Assembly (NCBI GenBank): GCA_965243395.1
Contig: CBDEUS010000001.1
Span: forward strand, 1,088,001 to 1,152,000
From: Gammaproteobacteria bacterium
GTDB lineage: Bacteria > Pseudomonadota > Gammaproteobacteria > UBA4575
Length of the DNA: 64,000 bases
Direction: 5' to 3'
Shown: piece after piece, positions 53,246 through 63,795 of the stretch
Layout: every line of letters begins with the position of its first letter
Position numbering within the stretch: the first letter of the stretch is position 1
Notes under the pieces: model-generated
Told to the model about the DNA's origin: nothing
The model's input: the letters and a program-made list of their open reading frames with translations, nothing else
The model's database searches: none
Translations under genes and position numbers: made by a program

Positions 53246-53877
53246 TACGGTAAAACATAAGCTCCATATCTTGTTTCAACGATCAATGGTGGCCATTCAA
53301 CGGATTCAACAATTGGTTCAAGGGATATAGAAACTTTTGTTGGAAGTGCGCTTTGATTCAGCCAGTTTTTATACCAATTTAATACTCCGGTTTTTTTATT
53401 TACACCAAAGTACTCAAACTTAATATTTTTAACATTTTTAATTAATTTTACATCTCGTCCACTAAACCGCGCCTTGCCTGAAAAATAACTATTTGCAGGC
53501 AGATACCGTACGCTTAGATTCAATGCACCATTTTGTTTTTGCTTAAAAATTTCATAAATATAAAGATAATCATCTAAACCATATTGAGGAGAACGTGCTA
53601 GAAAGATCATCCTGTCTGCATCACCATTAAAATATTTATTTTTTGATTTATCTTCTTGAATGGGATAAAAAACAGCCTCACTTAGTACCTTACGCAAAAA
53701 ACGCTGTGCACTGACAACTTCATCTAGGTTATTTTGATGTTCATCAACTTTTGCCCACACCTTATTTCCAAAAGTAAACCCATTTACACACAGTGTTACT
53801 ACAATTGAAATGATGACAAGCGAAATCAGTAGCTCGATTAAAGTTAATCCCGATTGATGAAGTGTATGTTTATTCAT
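53245..53877 (-). CDS. gspJ: Minor pseudopilin J
   Basis: GLTLIELLI prepilin site, W...LP, WPPL; operon position. Confidence 0.85.
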   Translation of the reverse strand: MNKHTLHQSGLTLIELLISLVIISIVVTLCVNGFTFGNKVWAKVDEHQNNLDEVVSAQRFLRKVLSEAVFYPIQEDKSKNKYFNGDADRMIFLARSPQYGLDDYLYIYEIFKQKQNGALNLSVRYLPANSYFSGKARFSGRDVKLIKNVKNIKFEYFGVNKKTGVLNWYKNWLNQSALPTKVSISLEPIVESVEWPPLIVETRYGAYVLP

Positions 53878-53882
53878 TTTTA

Positions 53883-54275
53883 CTAGGCACTTGCTAATCT
53901 GAAAGTCATTGTCTTTAAAGAACGCATACCTTTTTTACTTTTCCAAAATACATTCAACACAATTTGATACCGATTCACTTTTTCAATTGTGTTATTTGAT
54001 GCATCCAAAGCTTGAACCTCTAATTTCCAGTGATATCGGTTGTTATAAGCACCCTCACTCACGCTTGGCAATGTGTCTACTCTTATTCCGATTTCGGCCA
54101 GATGTGAATCTGCATACATAGACGCTTGAGCATAATCGTCTGCAAGACTAGAACCTTGTAATGCTGAGGAAAAAGCTTGATAGGCAACGCCGAGCGAAAT
54201 GGCCAACACTGATAGAGCCACCAGCGTCTCTAATAAGGTAAATCCATTTAAGTGTCTATATTTATTATTAACCAT
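53883..54275 (-). CDS. gspI: Minor pseudopilin I
   Basis: GFTLLETLVAL; size and operon position. Confidence 0.85.
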   Translation of the reverse strand: MVNNKYRHLNGFTLLETLVALSVLAISLGVAYQAFSSALQGSSLADDYAQASMYADSHLAEIGIRVDTLPSVSEGAYNNRYHWKLEVQALDASNNTIEKVNRYQIVLNVFWKSKKGMRSLKTMTFRLASA

Positions 54276-54744
54276 GACTTAGTTCGACTTTGCCGGACAA
54301 CCATTCCACAACAATACGGTATGTTTTTTTCCCATTTGAAATATTAATTTCTCCGCCAGATGAACTGCCATCAGGTGCAAAGTGAATTTGTGAAATGTTT
54401 TTATTAGCTTTTAAATCCCGCGCAGAGAACATTTGCAAGTCCAGAGATGAATCTAAAGCTCTTTGGCGCTTGTTTCCTACTATCCAATAAATTCTTTTTT
54501 CATTATCCAATGCAAAAGAAACCTCTTTGCGTTTAGTAATTGCTGCTATCCGGGCTTGTCTTAATGTCACTAAAATATCTTGTGATGTGGCTTTTAATGC
54601 AGCGCTGGATGAAAGTCGGCTATAGGCCGTTGCCGAAATCGCCGTAATGCTGATTGCTATGACGAGTGTTATTAATAACTCAATTAGTGTAAAACCAGAG
54701 TAAGTACCATATGTATTATGTGATTTTAATTGCAAAGCATTCAT
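54268..54744 (-). CDS. gspH: Minor pseudopilin H
   Basis: GFTLIELL, F.PDGSSSGG, VEWLSGKV. Confidence 0.88.
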   Translation of the reverse strand: MNALQLKSHNTYGTYSGFTLIELLITLVIAISITAISATAYSRLSSSAALKATSQDILVTLRQARIAAITKRKEVSFALDNEKRIYWIVGNKRQRALDSSLDLQMFSARDLKANKNISQIHFAPDGSSSGGEINISNGKKTYRIVVEWLSGKVELSHG

Positions 54745-54749
54745 TTACA

Positions 54750-55175
54750 TTAGTTCCAGCTAAATACATCCTGATTCTCTTTTTCTCCACCTTCCGCACC
54801 ATCTGCACCCAGGCTATAAATTTCATATTCAGCATTTCTACCGGGATAACGATAAAGATAATCTTTTTTCCACGGATCTTGCGGAACAAAATTCTTACGC
54901 AAATAAGGACCGTTCCAACCGTCTACACCGGCGGGTTGTTGCACAAGTGCTTGCAAGGTTTGCTCAGTAGTTGGGTAACGATTGGTATCAATTTTATACA
55001 TTTCCAATGCTGAAGAAAGTTCTTCGATTTGAATTTTGGCTGCTTTGGTTTTTGAGTCACCTAAACGTTTCATAACTTGTGGTCCCACTATTCCAGCAAG
55101 CAAGGCCAAAATCGCCACTACAACCAACAATTCAATTAACGTAAATCCTTTATGGGTCATATTATTTTTTATCAT
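54750..55175 (-). CDS. gspG: Major pseudopilin
   Basis: GFTLIELLVV, YPTTEQ.L.AL, WNGPYL, DPW, SLGADG.EGGE. Confidence 0.96.
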   Translation of the reverse strand: MIKNNMTHKGFTLIELLVVVAILALLAGIVGPQVMKRLGDSKTKAAKIQIEELSSALEMYKIDTNRYPTTEQTLQALVQQPAGVDGWNGPYLRKNFVPQDPWKKDYLYRYPGRNAEYEIYSLGADGAEGGEKENQDVFSWN

Positions 55176-55191
55176 ACTTATTACTCTTTAA

Positions 55192-56412
55192 TTATGTCGC
55201 TAAGTCATTAATGCTCACCATGCCAAGCAAAATAGATACAATAATTCCTCCAATCATTACGCCCAGCAATATGATGATAGCTGGTTCAAATAAATTAACT
55301 ACTCTCTGCATGGCATTTGAAGTTTCTTTTTCATAAATTTCTGAGACACGTTTTAACATACTGTCTAACTCACCTGTTTCTTCGCCTACTTTAATCATTT
55401 GTAATGCTAAAGATGGAAATAAATTTGCATTACTTAACGTTTGAAACAAACTTTTGCCTTCTTTAAATTGCTCCATCGCTTTACTGATGTTCTCAAGAAA
55501 TAAACTATTGGAGAGATTAGCTTTAGCTATCGGAAGTGCTGATAACACTGGTACACCATTCGATAGCAAGCTACCTAAGCTGCTGGTGAATTTTGCGGTT
55601 TCATGCTTTACCAATAAATCACCAAAAACTGGAAGTCTCAAAAATCTCGCATCCCAAAATGCACGATATTTTGGGGATTTAAATAAGTATCGTAGTAATA
55701 AAATGAGTGAAATCAACGCAATAATAATTACCCACCAATAATTGCTAACGTAATCCGAAATATTTATTACTATTTTAGTAGCAATCGGCAGCAATTCTTC
55801 ATTACCTTCGAATAACTCAGTAATTTTAGGCACCACAAAAGTCATAATGATAAACAAAGATGCTATAGAGACTACAACCAATATCATTGGATAAATTAGT
55901 GATGAAATTAATTTATCACGCATGGTTTTAGCGCTCTCTAAATAAGCATGCATGCGAGATAATCCAATTTCTAAATTACCACTGGCTTCAGAAGCACGAA
56001 CCATATTTACATAGTAAGGGCTAAAAATTGTTTTTTGCTTCTCTAATGCACTAGATAAATCATTTCCAGATTCAACATCTTCTAATAAATTAGCTGACAT
56101 ATTGCGAACATTTTCGTGTTCCGAAAGATCTTTAAAAATACGTAAGGCATGATCAACAGGTAATTTAGCTTTTACCAATGTAGAAAGTTGTTCAGTAAAA
56201 GAAAGTAATTGGCTTGCTGTAATTGATTTTTTAGAGACTTTGAAATAATCGACTAATGCACTTCTTGATGTAGATTTAGCTTCTTTTGCATAAATTGGGA
56301 TGTAACCAGAATTTTGCAACCAATTAATTACTTCAGAATGATTACGCTCTTCACGCTGTCCTTCGAAGATTTTTCCCTCGGGAGTAGTCGCTTTGTATTC
56401 AAAATTTGGCAT
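55192..56412 (-). CDS. gspF: T2SS inner membrane platform protein
   Basis: ASEASGNL, LIYP, VGEETGEL, FEP; three TMs. Confidence 0.93.
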   Translation of the reverse strand: MPNFEYKATTPEGKIFEGQREERNHSEVINWLQNSGYIPIYAKEAKSTSRSALVDYFKVSKKSITASQLLSFTEQLSTLVKAKLPVDHALRIFKDLSEHENVRNMSANLLEDVESGNDLSSALEKQKTIFSPYYVNMVRASEASGNLEIGLSRMHAYLESAKTMRDKLISSLIYPMILVVVSIASLFIIMTFVVPKITELFEGNEELLPIATKIVINISDYVSNYWWVIIIALISLILLLRYLFKSPKYRAFWDARFLRLPVFGDLLVKHETAKFTSSLGSLLSNGVPVLSALPIAKANLSNSLFLENISKAMEQFKEGKSLFQTLSNANLFPSLALQMIKVGEETGELDSMLKRVSEIYEKETSNAMQRVVNLFEPAIIILLGVMIGGIIVSILLGMVSINDLAT

Positions 56413-56427
56413 GATTTTTTAAAGAAC

Positions 56428-58125
56428 TTATGCATCCTGCGTGACACGAAGTATTTCTTCCAATGAAGTAACCCCTTGCGCAACTTTTTGTAACCCATCT
56501 TGATACATTGTTTTCATACCTTGCTGTAAAGCAGCATTTTCAAGTGTTGTGGCATCAGCGTGTTCAAGAATCAACTTTCGAATTTCATCAGTTATCATTA
56601 GCAATTCAAGAATACAAATTCGGCCACTGTATCCGGTATGATGACAGGCATCACAACCGCCATCGGCGACATACATATGTTCTGTCTTTACATCAGGCCC
56701 TAACTCATCCTTAATTTTTGCAGGCATCTCGGTTTTTGTTTTACATTCATCACATAAAACACGTACTAACCGTTGAGCAACAACTGCGTTTAGTGTAGAT
56801 GTTAATAAATAATCTTCTACGCCCATTTCCATTAAACGCGTAACACTGCTTGCAGAATCATTTGTATGTAACGTTGACAAAACCAAATGCCCTGTTAATG
56901 CAGATTGCACACAAATTTCTGCAGTTTCCAAGTCACGCATCTCACCAACCATAATTACATCGGGATCTTGTCGTACAATAGAGCGCAATGCATTTGCAAA
57001 TGTTAAGCCGATACTAGCCTTAGCTTGAATTTGATTTATGCCCTCTAGTTGGTATTCAACCGGATCTTCAACTGTAATGATTTTACGTCGCGGTTCATTC
57101 AATAAACTAAGTGCAGTATATAAAGTAGTTGTTTTACCACTACCCGTCGGACCTGTAAGCAAAATCATGCCATGCGGTTGACTCAATGCATTTATAAATT
57201 TGTCATGATCTCCTTGCTGGAACCCTAATGCTTTAAAATCCAATACGACAGATTCTTGATTAAGCAACCTCATAACCACGCTTTCGCCATGCATAGTAGG
57301 TACGGTGGAAATTCGCATGTCGAAATCACGACCCTGAATGCGATTACGAATTCTTCCATCTTGAGGTAAACGTCGTTCCGCAATATTTAACTTCGCCATG
57401 ATTTTAATTCTGGAAATCACTGCTGCTGCAAACTGACGTGGCGGAGACTCAACCTCTTGTAATACACCATCAATGCGATAACGTACTTTTAAGTCGCCTT
57501 CGAAAGGTTCAATATGAATATCAGATGCGCCCTGTTCGGCTGCACGTTGTATTATTAAATTAACTAAGCGTATAACAGGTGCTTCACTGGCTAGATCTTT
57601 TAATTGGTCCAGCTCATCATCTGAAATTTCGTCAACACTTACTTCATCTATAATTTGATTCATTTTGCTAGAATCAAGCCCTGATATTTGATTTATAACA
57701 TCATCAATATCAGACAATGTACCAATGCGAACTTCTATGCTTTTTCCCGTTGCAATCCGTATTGCATCCACAACATTTTGATCTAACGGGTCAGCCATAG
57801 CCAAAACGATCTTGTCATCATTTTGATCCAAAGGAACTGAAGAATTTTCTTTTAAAAACCGAGGAGAAATTGCACCATTCAAAATTGCTTCATTAGGATA
57901 TTCACTCCGTTGCACAACAGGCAATGCAAGAAGGCTACCTAATGCATCGGCAATATCTTTATCGCTCACTACACCTAAACGATTCAACATCGAAACAAAA
58001 GAAACATCCGGAGTTTCTTCCTGCATACGTTTAATTTTCGACAGATCAATGTCACGCAGTTTTGAACTGCGCTGCAGATAGTCCGCAATGTCCTCATTGG
58101 ACAAATTTGTAGCGATATTCGACAT
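56428..58125 (-). CDS. gspE: T2SS ATPase
   Basis: ASDIHIEP, GPTGSGKTTT, EDPVE, RQDPDVIMVGEMRD, CxxC zinc pairs. Confidence 0.96.
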   Translation of the reverse strand: MSNIATNLSNEDIADYLQRSSKLRDIDLSKIKRMQEETPDVSFVSMLNRLGVVSDKDIADALGSLLALPVVQRSEYPNEAILNGAISPRFLKENSSVPLDQNDDKIVLAMADPLDQNVVDAIRIATGKSIEVRIGTLSDIDDVINQISGLDSSKMNQIIDEVSVDEISDDELDQLKDLASEAPVIRLVNLIIQRAAEQGASDIHIEPFEGDLKVRYRIDGVLQEVESPPRQFAAAVISRIKIMAKLNIAERRLPQDGRIRNRIQGRDFDMRISTVPTMHGESVVMRLLNQESVVLDFKALGFQQGDHDKFINALSQPHGMILLTGPTGSGKTTTLYTALSLLNEPRRKIITVEDPVEYQLEGINQIQAKASIGLTFANALRSIVRQDPDVIMVGEMRDLETAEICVQSALTGHLVLSTLHTNDSASSVTRLMEMGVEDYLLTSTLNAVVAQRLVRVLCDECKTKTEMPAKIKDELGPDVKTEHMYVADGGCDACHHTGYSGRICILELLMITDEIRKLILEHADATTLENAALQQGMKTMYQDGLQKVAQGVTSLEEILRVTQDA

Positions 58126-58337
58126 GTCAGATAAGTTGAGCCCGTATTAAACAAATAGTGATGTTAAAAACTCACGCTATTTGCTTGATATTTCAGAATT
58201 ATTATTATTATTCTCGACTATAGAATCATAGTCTTGATGAGGGAAAATTAAAAATATTAGAATTAATTTTAATTATTTAATATAAAGTATTGAATTCAAT
58301 AAATAAAAACACCTTTTAAGCGAATAAACTAAATAAT

Positions 58338-59351
58338 CTATCGAACATTTAAGCGAAATAAATGACCTTGATAATCAAAAACAGCTCCATAGCGTGTGAT
58401 TTCCACTAACGCTAAGTCCTGTTGTAAATACTTACCTTCCGTATACATACCGCCATTTATTCGTATCCGACGCTGACTAGGATCTTCATGAAACATATGT
58501 ACTGATACATTGAAATCAGGAATTTGCTCTTGAATCTCATATGGAAGTTCGCCAAAACTGGGCACTCCTGTGCTAACAGCAGTTTTATGTGTGACATGAG
58601 CTTGCGGCTCTGACTGTAATAATGTTTCTTCTGTATGATTTATATTTGAATCAACAAAGCTAGCATTTCTAATCTCGACCAGGTCGTCATCGAAATCATC
58701 ATGAGGTGCATTTAATTCATTTAAAATTTCTTCATCGTGATGCTTTATCTCAGCTTCTGCCAAGTCAGAATAAATAGCAACAAGTTCTTGTTTTTTTGAA
58801 GCATCATTAATTTCGTTTTCAGCAGGCGGTTTTATTTCATAGAGAGGTTTAGAAATTTGAGATGTCTGTGGTGGGTTTTCTACTTGCTTACTTATTACTG
58901 GTTCCACCCTTTCTGCTAATATACTTTGCTGAGAATTGCTTATACTTTTTGCTTCTTTCACCAGAAAATCTTCATCTTCATTTATAATTTTGACCGCTTT
59001 TAAATCTGACTTATGAACGTTCTTAACAGGCACCATCTCGATATTACGTGTTAATGCCTTTGACTCTTCTGCTTGTGAATTATCTTCTTTTGCAATTAGT
59101 TCCTTATTGAAACTTTTTACTTCAGATAGCTGCTTCTCATACTGATGATCTTTATTAATAAAAAAATAAGTAGCTGTCCAAACTATCAGCGCTGTAAGAA
59201 TTATTCCTATTGAAAGCAACCACCAATGATTCCAATCATTCCCATCACGAGCAAAACCCTCCCCTTTATATTCAACAGATATCGATGGTACTTGTTGACC
59301 AAGTTTGCGCTCTCGTTCTGCTTTTTTAATGGAGTCTAAAATAAATGACAT
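58338..59351 (-). CDS. gspB: GspB/ExeB-family protein
   Basis: MSFILDSIKKAERER, one TM, C-terminal HMF..DP..R...ING. Confidence 0.85.
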   Translation of the reverse strand: MSFILDSIKKAERERKLGQQVPSISVEYKGEGFARDGNDWNHWWLLSIGIILTALIVWTATYFFINKDHQYEKQLSEVKSFNKELIAKEDNSQAEESKALTRNIEMVPVKNVHKSDLKAVKIINEDEDFLVKEAKSISNSQQSILAERVEPVISKQVENPPQTSQISKPLYEIKPPAENEINDASKKQELVAIYSDLAEAEIKHHDEEILNELNAPHDDFDDDLVEIRNASFVDSNINHTEETLLQSEPQAHVTHKTAVSTGVPSFGELPYEIQEQIPDFNVSVHMFHEDPSQRRIRINGGMYTEGKYLQQDLALVEITRYGAVFDYQGHLFRLNVR

Positions 59352-59368
59352 TTGTCCATTCAGTATTT

Positions 59369-61153
59369 TTATTTAATTAAATATGGTGTATCAGTATCTT
59401 TATTATTAAAGTACATTTGAGTTACGGGGCCAACCACGCCATCAGATGGCAATTTATTAGCAATTTGGAAAGCACGCACCTGATCTACAAGCTCTTCGTT
59501 ATATATAAATGGGTTGATTGATGTTGGCTTGCGGCCTTGAAGTTTGGCAAGCTTTTGTTCAATGAGTGCTACTGCTTCACCTTCAAAACCTGGATTGATG
59601 TAACGCACACCTGCTTGCAAAGGCCGCCAAAGCATTTCAAATTGACCACTCCAGTTTTCTTCAACTTCTGCTATCGGCACCAGTTTATAATTGTCTTTAT
59701 TAGTGACAATTGCATAATCATCTTCAATAGATACTAAAACTATATAACTCGGTCCAAAGTGTTCATCCCTGCCTTTTAATAAAACAGGTCTATTAAGACC
59801 GATGACTTTTTGCATTGAACCAATTCCCTGGTAACACTGTAATTGATTATTTAAAGCATGCTCACAAGGATTAGAATCTTCGCTTGTATAATTTATTCCC
59901 CAGATTCTGAACAATTGCTTATAAGCCTTACCATAATTAGTAAGTTGCAAAGAATCGTCGACTTCTATGGTCTTAATATTTTCTTGATCCTTCGAAGCCA
60001 ATGTAGTTTTCTTAGATGATATATTTGTTGTCTTGGTCTTCTCGACAAAGTTAGCTGGTTTTTCTTTGATAAAAACAGTCTCTATTGCACTATTTGCTAT
60101 GCCCTCTTGTTGAACAATTATTTCTTTTTTATGTTTTTGTGGATTTTTATTTCGAGCTTTTGCATGCTCTCTAATTATTGGTTCTTTAGTTATACTTTCT
60201 TCGCTAACTTCATTTTCAACGCTCTCATTAAGAGAAATTAGCTTGAAATTATAGTTTTGATATGCAAAAACCGCTGTACCAGAAATTAATACTGCAAAAA
60301 TGCTTGCCGCCAAAGCCTTGGGAAACATATCGCTATTAGATGGTTCCCGATCAAAAACTTCCCTTGCTGATTGCTTGATTATTTTTGAAGTAATCTTTGG
60401 AGTACTTAATGTATAAGCACCCAATAAAACTCTGTCGCATAGAATATTGATTAAACGTGGCACACCCTTTGTAATTTTAAATATCTGCTTGATATTCGAT
60501 TCAGTGAATACTTTATGTCTGGCTCCAGCAATCGTTAAACGATGATTGATGTAGTAATTTGTTTCTTTTAGATTTAGCGGCCCAATATGAAAACGTGCCG
60601 TAATGCGTTGATTTACTTGCTCTAGCTCAGGTTTAGCGAGTAGTTCTTTTAATTCTGGTTGTCCGATTAAAATAATTTGCAGAAGTTTTTGCTCATTTGT
60701 TTCAAGGTTTGTAAGAGCACGGATATGCTCCAAGGCGTCAACACTTAAATTTTGCGCCTCGTCAATTACTAATACAGTATTTCTTCCTCTTGCATGCGTT
60801 TCTATAAGATATGTATTTATCTTTTTTACATATTCTTTAATGCTTGGCTGAAATGTAGAATATGAGAGCTTTAATTCATCACAGATTGAAGCCATTAATT
60901 CCATGGGTGAAAACTTGGGGTTAATTACAAAAGCGATATCCGTATTTTCTGGTAGCTGCTCAAACATACATCGACAGATAGTGGTCTTACCTGTCCCAAT
61001 ATCGCCCGTTAGGCAAACAAACCCGCCTTTACGAGTAATGCCGTAAAGCAAATGCGCGAGTGCTTCTTCATGCTGCTTACTTAAGAACAAGTATTTTGGA
61101 TTCGGAGCAATCGAAAAAGCAGACTCATCTATATTAAAAAAAGACCCATACAT
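59369..61153 (-). CDS. gspA: ExeA/GspA AAA ATPase with peptidoglycan-binding C-terminus (start probably ATG 61153)
   Basis: FSIAPNP.YL, GDIGTGKTT, IDEAQNL, G.PRLIN, FQ....L..DGVVGP.T. Confidence 0.9.
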   Translation of the reverse strand: MYGSFFNIDESAFSIAPNPKYLFLSKQHEEALAHLLYGITRKGGFVCLTGDIGTGKTTICRCMFEQLPENTDIAFVINPKFSPMELMASICDELKLSYSTFQPSIKEYVKKINTYLIETHARGRNTVLVIDEAQNLSVDALEHIRALTNLETNEQKLLQIILIGQPELKELLAKPELEQVNQRITARFHIGPLNLKETNYYINHRLTIAGARHKVFTESNIKQIFKITKGVPRLINILCDRVLLGAYTLSTPKITSKIIKQSAREVFDREPSNSDMFPKALAASIFAVLISGTAVFAYQNYNFKLISLNESVENEVSEESITKEPIIREHAKARNKNPQKHKKEIIVQQEGIANSAIETVFIKEKPANFVEKTKTTNISSKKTTLASKDQENIKTIEVDDSLQLTNYGKAYKQLFRIWGINYTSEDSNPCEHALNNQLQCYQGIGSMQKVIGLNRPVLLKGRDEHFGPSYIVLVSIEDDYAIVTNKDNYKLVPIAEVEENWSGQFEMLWRPLQAGVRYINPGFEGEAVALIEQKLAKLQGRKPTSINPFIYNEELVDQVRAFQIANKLPSDGVVGPVTQMYFNNKDTDTPYLIK

Positions 61154-61430
61154 ATTTTTTTTATATTTATAATTATCAGCAAACACAGAATCAAGAAGCC
61201 GAGGAATAGCCTCTTAATCATTAAGCTTATTTTTTGAGCTTACTCTTATAAAGAGCGTGTATTCAACCAACTAAGTGTAAGGTTGTTTAAGCTTATATGT
61301 ACGAATAATAGGAAATATTTATTAAGCTGGTGTGGCAAATGGAATTACATAACTGCTTTGCCGGTTGGAATAATCAATATATCGCTTCGAAATAGTAATA
61401 TTCAAGCCTAAACAGACTTATCAGTAATAA

Positions 61431-63788
61431 CTATGCCTGTTTAAAACGATTATCGATTTTACTTAATTCGAAGATAGCGGTTTCTTGAGATTTTATAATT
61501 AATTCATCAGCGGTTTTTGGTTTGCTGATAAAATAACCTTGCCCATAATCACAGTTTAAATCTTTAAGGATATTAAGCTGTTCTATAGTTTCAATTCCTT
61601 CTGCAACTATTTTTTTATTCAATGCCTTGCCCATGGAAATAATGGCTTTTACGATGGCACGCGATTCTTCATCGTTAGTTAAATCTCTAATGAACAGTTG
61701 ATCAATTTTGAGAGTTTGTGCTGGTAGTTTTTTAAGATAACTCAGCGAAGAATAACCCTTCCCAAAATCATCAATGGCAATTTCGATGCCGAGCTTATTA
61801 ATTTCTTTAAAAATAGAATAAGTACGGGGATCATCTTCTAGAAAAAGACTCTCGGTTAACTCAAATTCAACATTGGTTGTATGAATATCAAAATCATTTA
61901 GCCGAGACTCTATGTCATGAATAAAATTTTCATGACGTAACTGACGTGCAGATATGTTTATAGAAACTTTGGGTAAAGCTTTATAATCTTGCTGCCATAA
62001 TTCACATTGTCGAATCGTTTCTTTTATGACCCAATAACCCAACTCCACGATGTAACCATTATCCTCGGCATAAGCAATAAATTTATCTGGTCGAATTGGT
62101 CCTTTTTTACCATGATTCCATCGCAATAAAACTTCTGCCCCCGATATTTCTCCAGTTATTAGGTCCAGTTGAGGTTGAAAAACAGGAAACAATTCATTTC
62201 GTTCTATGGCATGGCGAAGATCGGCTTCTAATTCTGCCTTTTCCCAAACATCATCTTGCATTGAGTCCGCAAAGTTTACCAGGCGTTTGCGTCCCTGCTG
62301 TTTGGCTTTATACATTGCAATATCGGCCTTTTGAATTAATTCCTCAAAAGTGCGCCCATCTTTTGGAAATTCTGCAATACCTATGCTTGCGCCAATAAAA
62401 TGCTCGTAATTTTCAATATAAAAAGCAGCAGATAAATCCTGAATGATTTTCTCAGCTGCGCCATTTACACGCTGATGTTCTCCATAAATAGGCATAATAA
62501 CTACAAACTCATCACCGCCAAATCGAGAAAGAAAGTCATATCCGCTTACACAGTTTTTAATTCTATGGGATACCTCAACGAGCAACTTATCCCCAGTTGC
62601 GTGACCCTGTGTATCATTGATGACTTTGAAACGATCTAAATCGATAAATAGAAATGCAAATTTATCGTTCTCATTTTCTGACTTTTTAATAATAGCGTTT
62701 ATATAATCGTTCAGATGCTGTCGATTAGGCAATTTGGTTAAATCATCATAGTTGGCTTGATAGTGAAGCTTCCCTTGACGTTTTTTCAATTCATCTGACA
62801 TTACATTGAACGAATCACCTAGCGCCTGAAATTCATCATCACTATGGAATTGAACCTTTTCATCAAAGTTGTTGCTTGCTATTTTTTTAGTAACTTCTTT
62901 AAGCTTTTCAAGAGGTACGAGAATCCTTGAGATTTGATGCAAGGTTATCCAAGTTACGAGCAATATTGCTAAAATTAAGGATGGTAAAAGTATCTTTGCA
63001 AATGCATTTGAAGGGGCAAATAGCTTATTCAAGGGTTGAGCATAATAGATACTCCAACTTTCTGTTAGATACTTGCCATTGAGATATAAGTCCCATGATG
63101 CGACAGAATATCCATTTCTTTCATCATGAAAGGTAAAGATTGAGCTTGAACCACTATCGGATACTTCAAAATAATTTTTCGAATGTGAATAGAATTCTTT
63201 GCTAGAGCAGTTTAACGCGCCTAAATTCTGAATCACGATACAGGCATCTTCATAACCTGAAAAAATTTCATCTTCCCCAAATAAATAATCTTTATCAATT
63301 TTTGCACTGATCATATACGTTGAGCTTAATCCAGTTATCATTCGCGCCAAATTAACATCTAAATTATTTTCACTATCACGAGTAATAATAATTTTAGTGT
63401 TCCCCGAATTCATATGATTTACATCAGATAAACTCAAATTTGATGGGATTGGGCTGATTGATACAGAATTAATTGTGCTATTTTCCGTATAAATTTTTAA
63501 CGATTCATTATTTAAATCAAGAAGGCCTTGTGAATTTTTATCTTGCGTTTTAAATTGAATAAATCTTTTTAACTGATCTTCTGCAATTAATAGTCGATCA
63601 AATATGGCCATGCCATAGTTTTTTCCGGACGTTGCTAAATACTCATGAGTCTGCTTTTGTAAATGAGTGCTGACATAGTTATAGGAAAGAAACCCAACAA
63701 CGAAAACTGGAATGATGGAGGCAATGACAAATAATATAAATAATCGTCGTGCAACCCGACTGGTTAGGAAATTTAATGTGACTTGCAT
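61431..63788 (-). CDS. Membrane HAMP-GGDEF-EAL protein
   Basis: Two TMs, HAMP (DEFQALGDSFN), SRFGGDEF, AEVLLR, DDFGKG, KID. Confidence 0.92.
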   Translation of the reverse strand: MQVTLNFLTSRVARRLFILFVIASIIPVFVVGFLSYNYVSTHLQKQTHEYLATSGKNYGMAIFDRLLIAEDQLKRFIQFKTQDKNSQGLLDLNNESLKIYTENSTINSVSISPIPSNLSLSDVNHMNSGNTKIIITRDSENNLDVNLARMITGLSSTYMISAKIDKDYLFGEDEIFSGYEDACIVIQNLGALNCSSKEFYSHSKNYFEVSDSGSSSIFTFHDERNGYSVASWDLYLNGKYLTESWSIYYAQPLNKLFAPSNAFAKILLPSLILAILLVTWITLHQISRILVPLEKLKEVTKKIASNNFDEKVQFHSDDEFQALGDSFNVMSDELKKRQGKLHYQANYDDLTKLPNRQHLNDYINAIIKKSENENDKFAFLFIDLDRFKVINDTQGHATGDKLLVEVSHRIKNCVSGYDFLSRFGGDEFVVIMPIYGEHQRVNGAAEKIIQDLSAAFYIENYEHFIGASIGIAEFPKDGRTFEELIQKADIAMYKAKQQGRKRLVNFADSMQDDVWEKAELEADLRHAIERNELFPVFQPQLDLITGEISGAEVLLRWNHGKKGPIRPDKFIAYAEDNGYIVELGYWVIKETIRQCELWQQDYKALPKVSINISARQLRHENFIHDIESRLNDFDIHTTNVEFELTESLFLEDDPRTYSIFKEINKLGIEIAIDDFGKGYSSLSYLKKLPAQTLKIDQLFIRDLTNDEESRAIVKAIISMGKALNKKIVAEGIETIEQLNILKDLNCDYGQGYFISKPKTADELIIKSQETAIFELSKIDNRFKQA

Positions 63789-63795
63789 GACTTAC

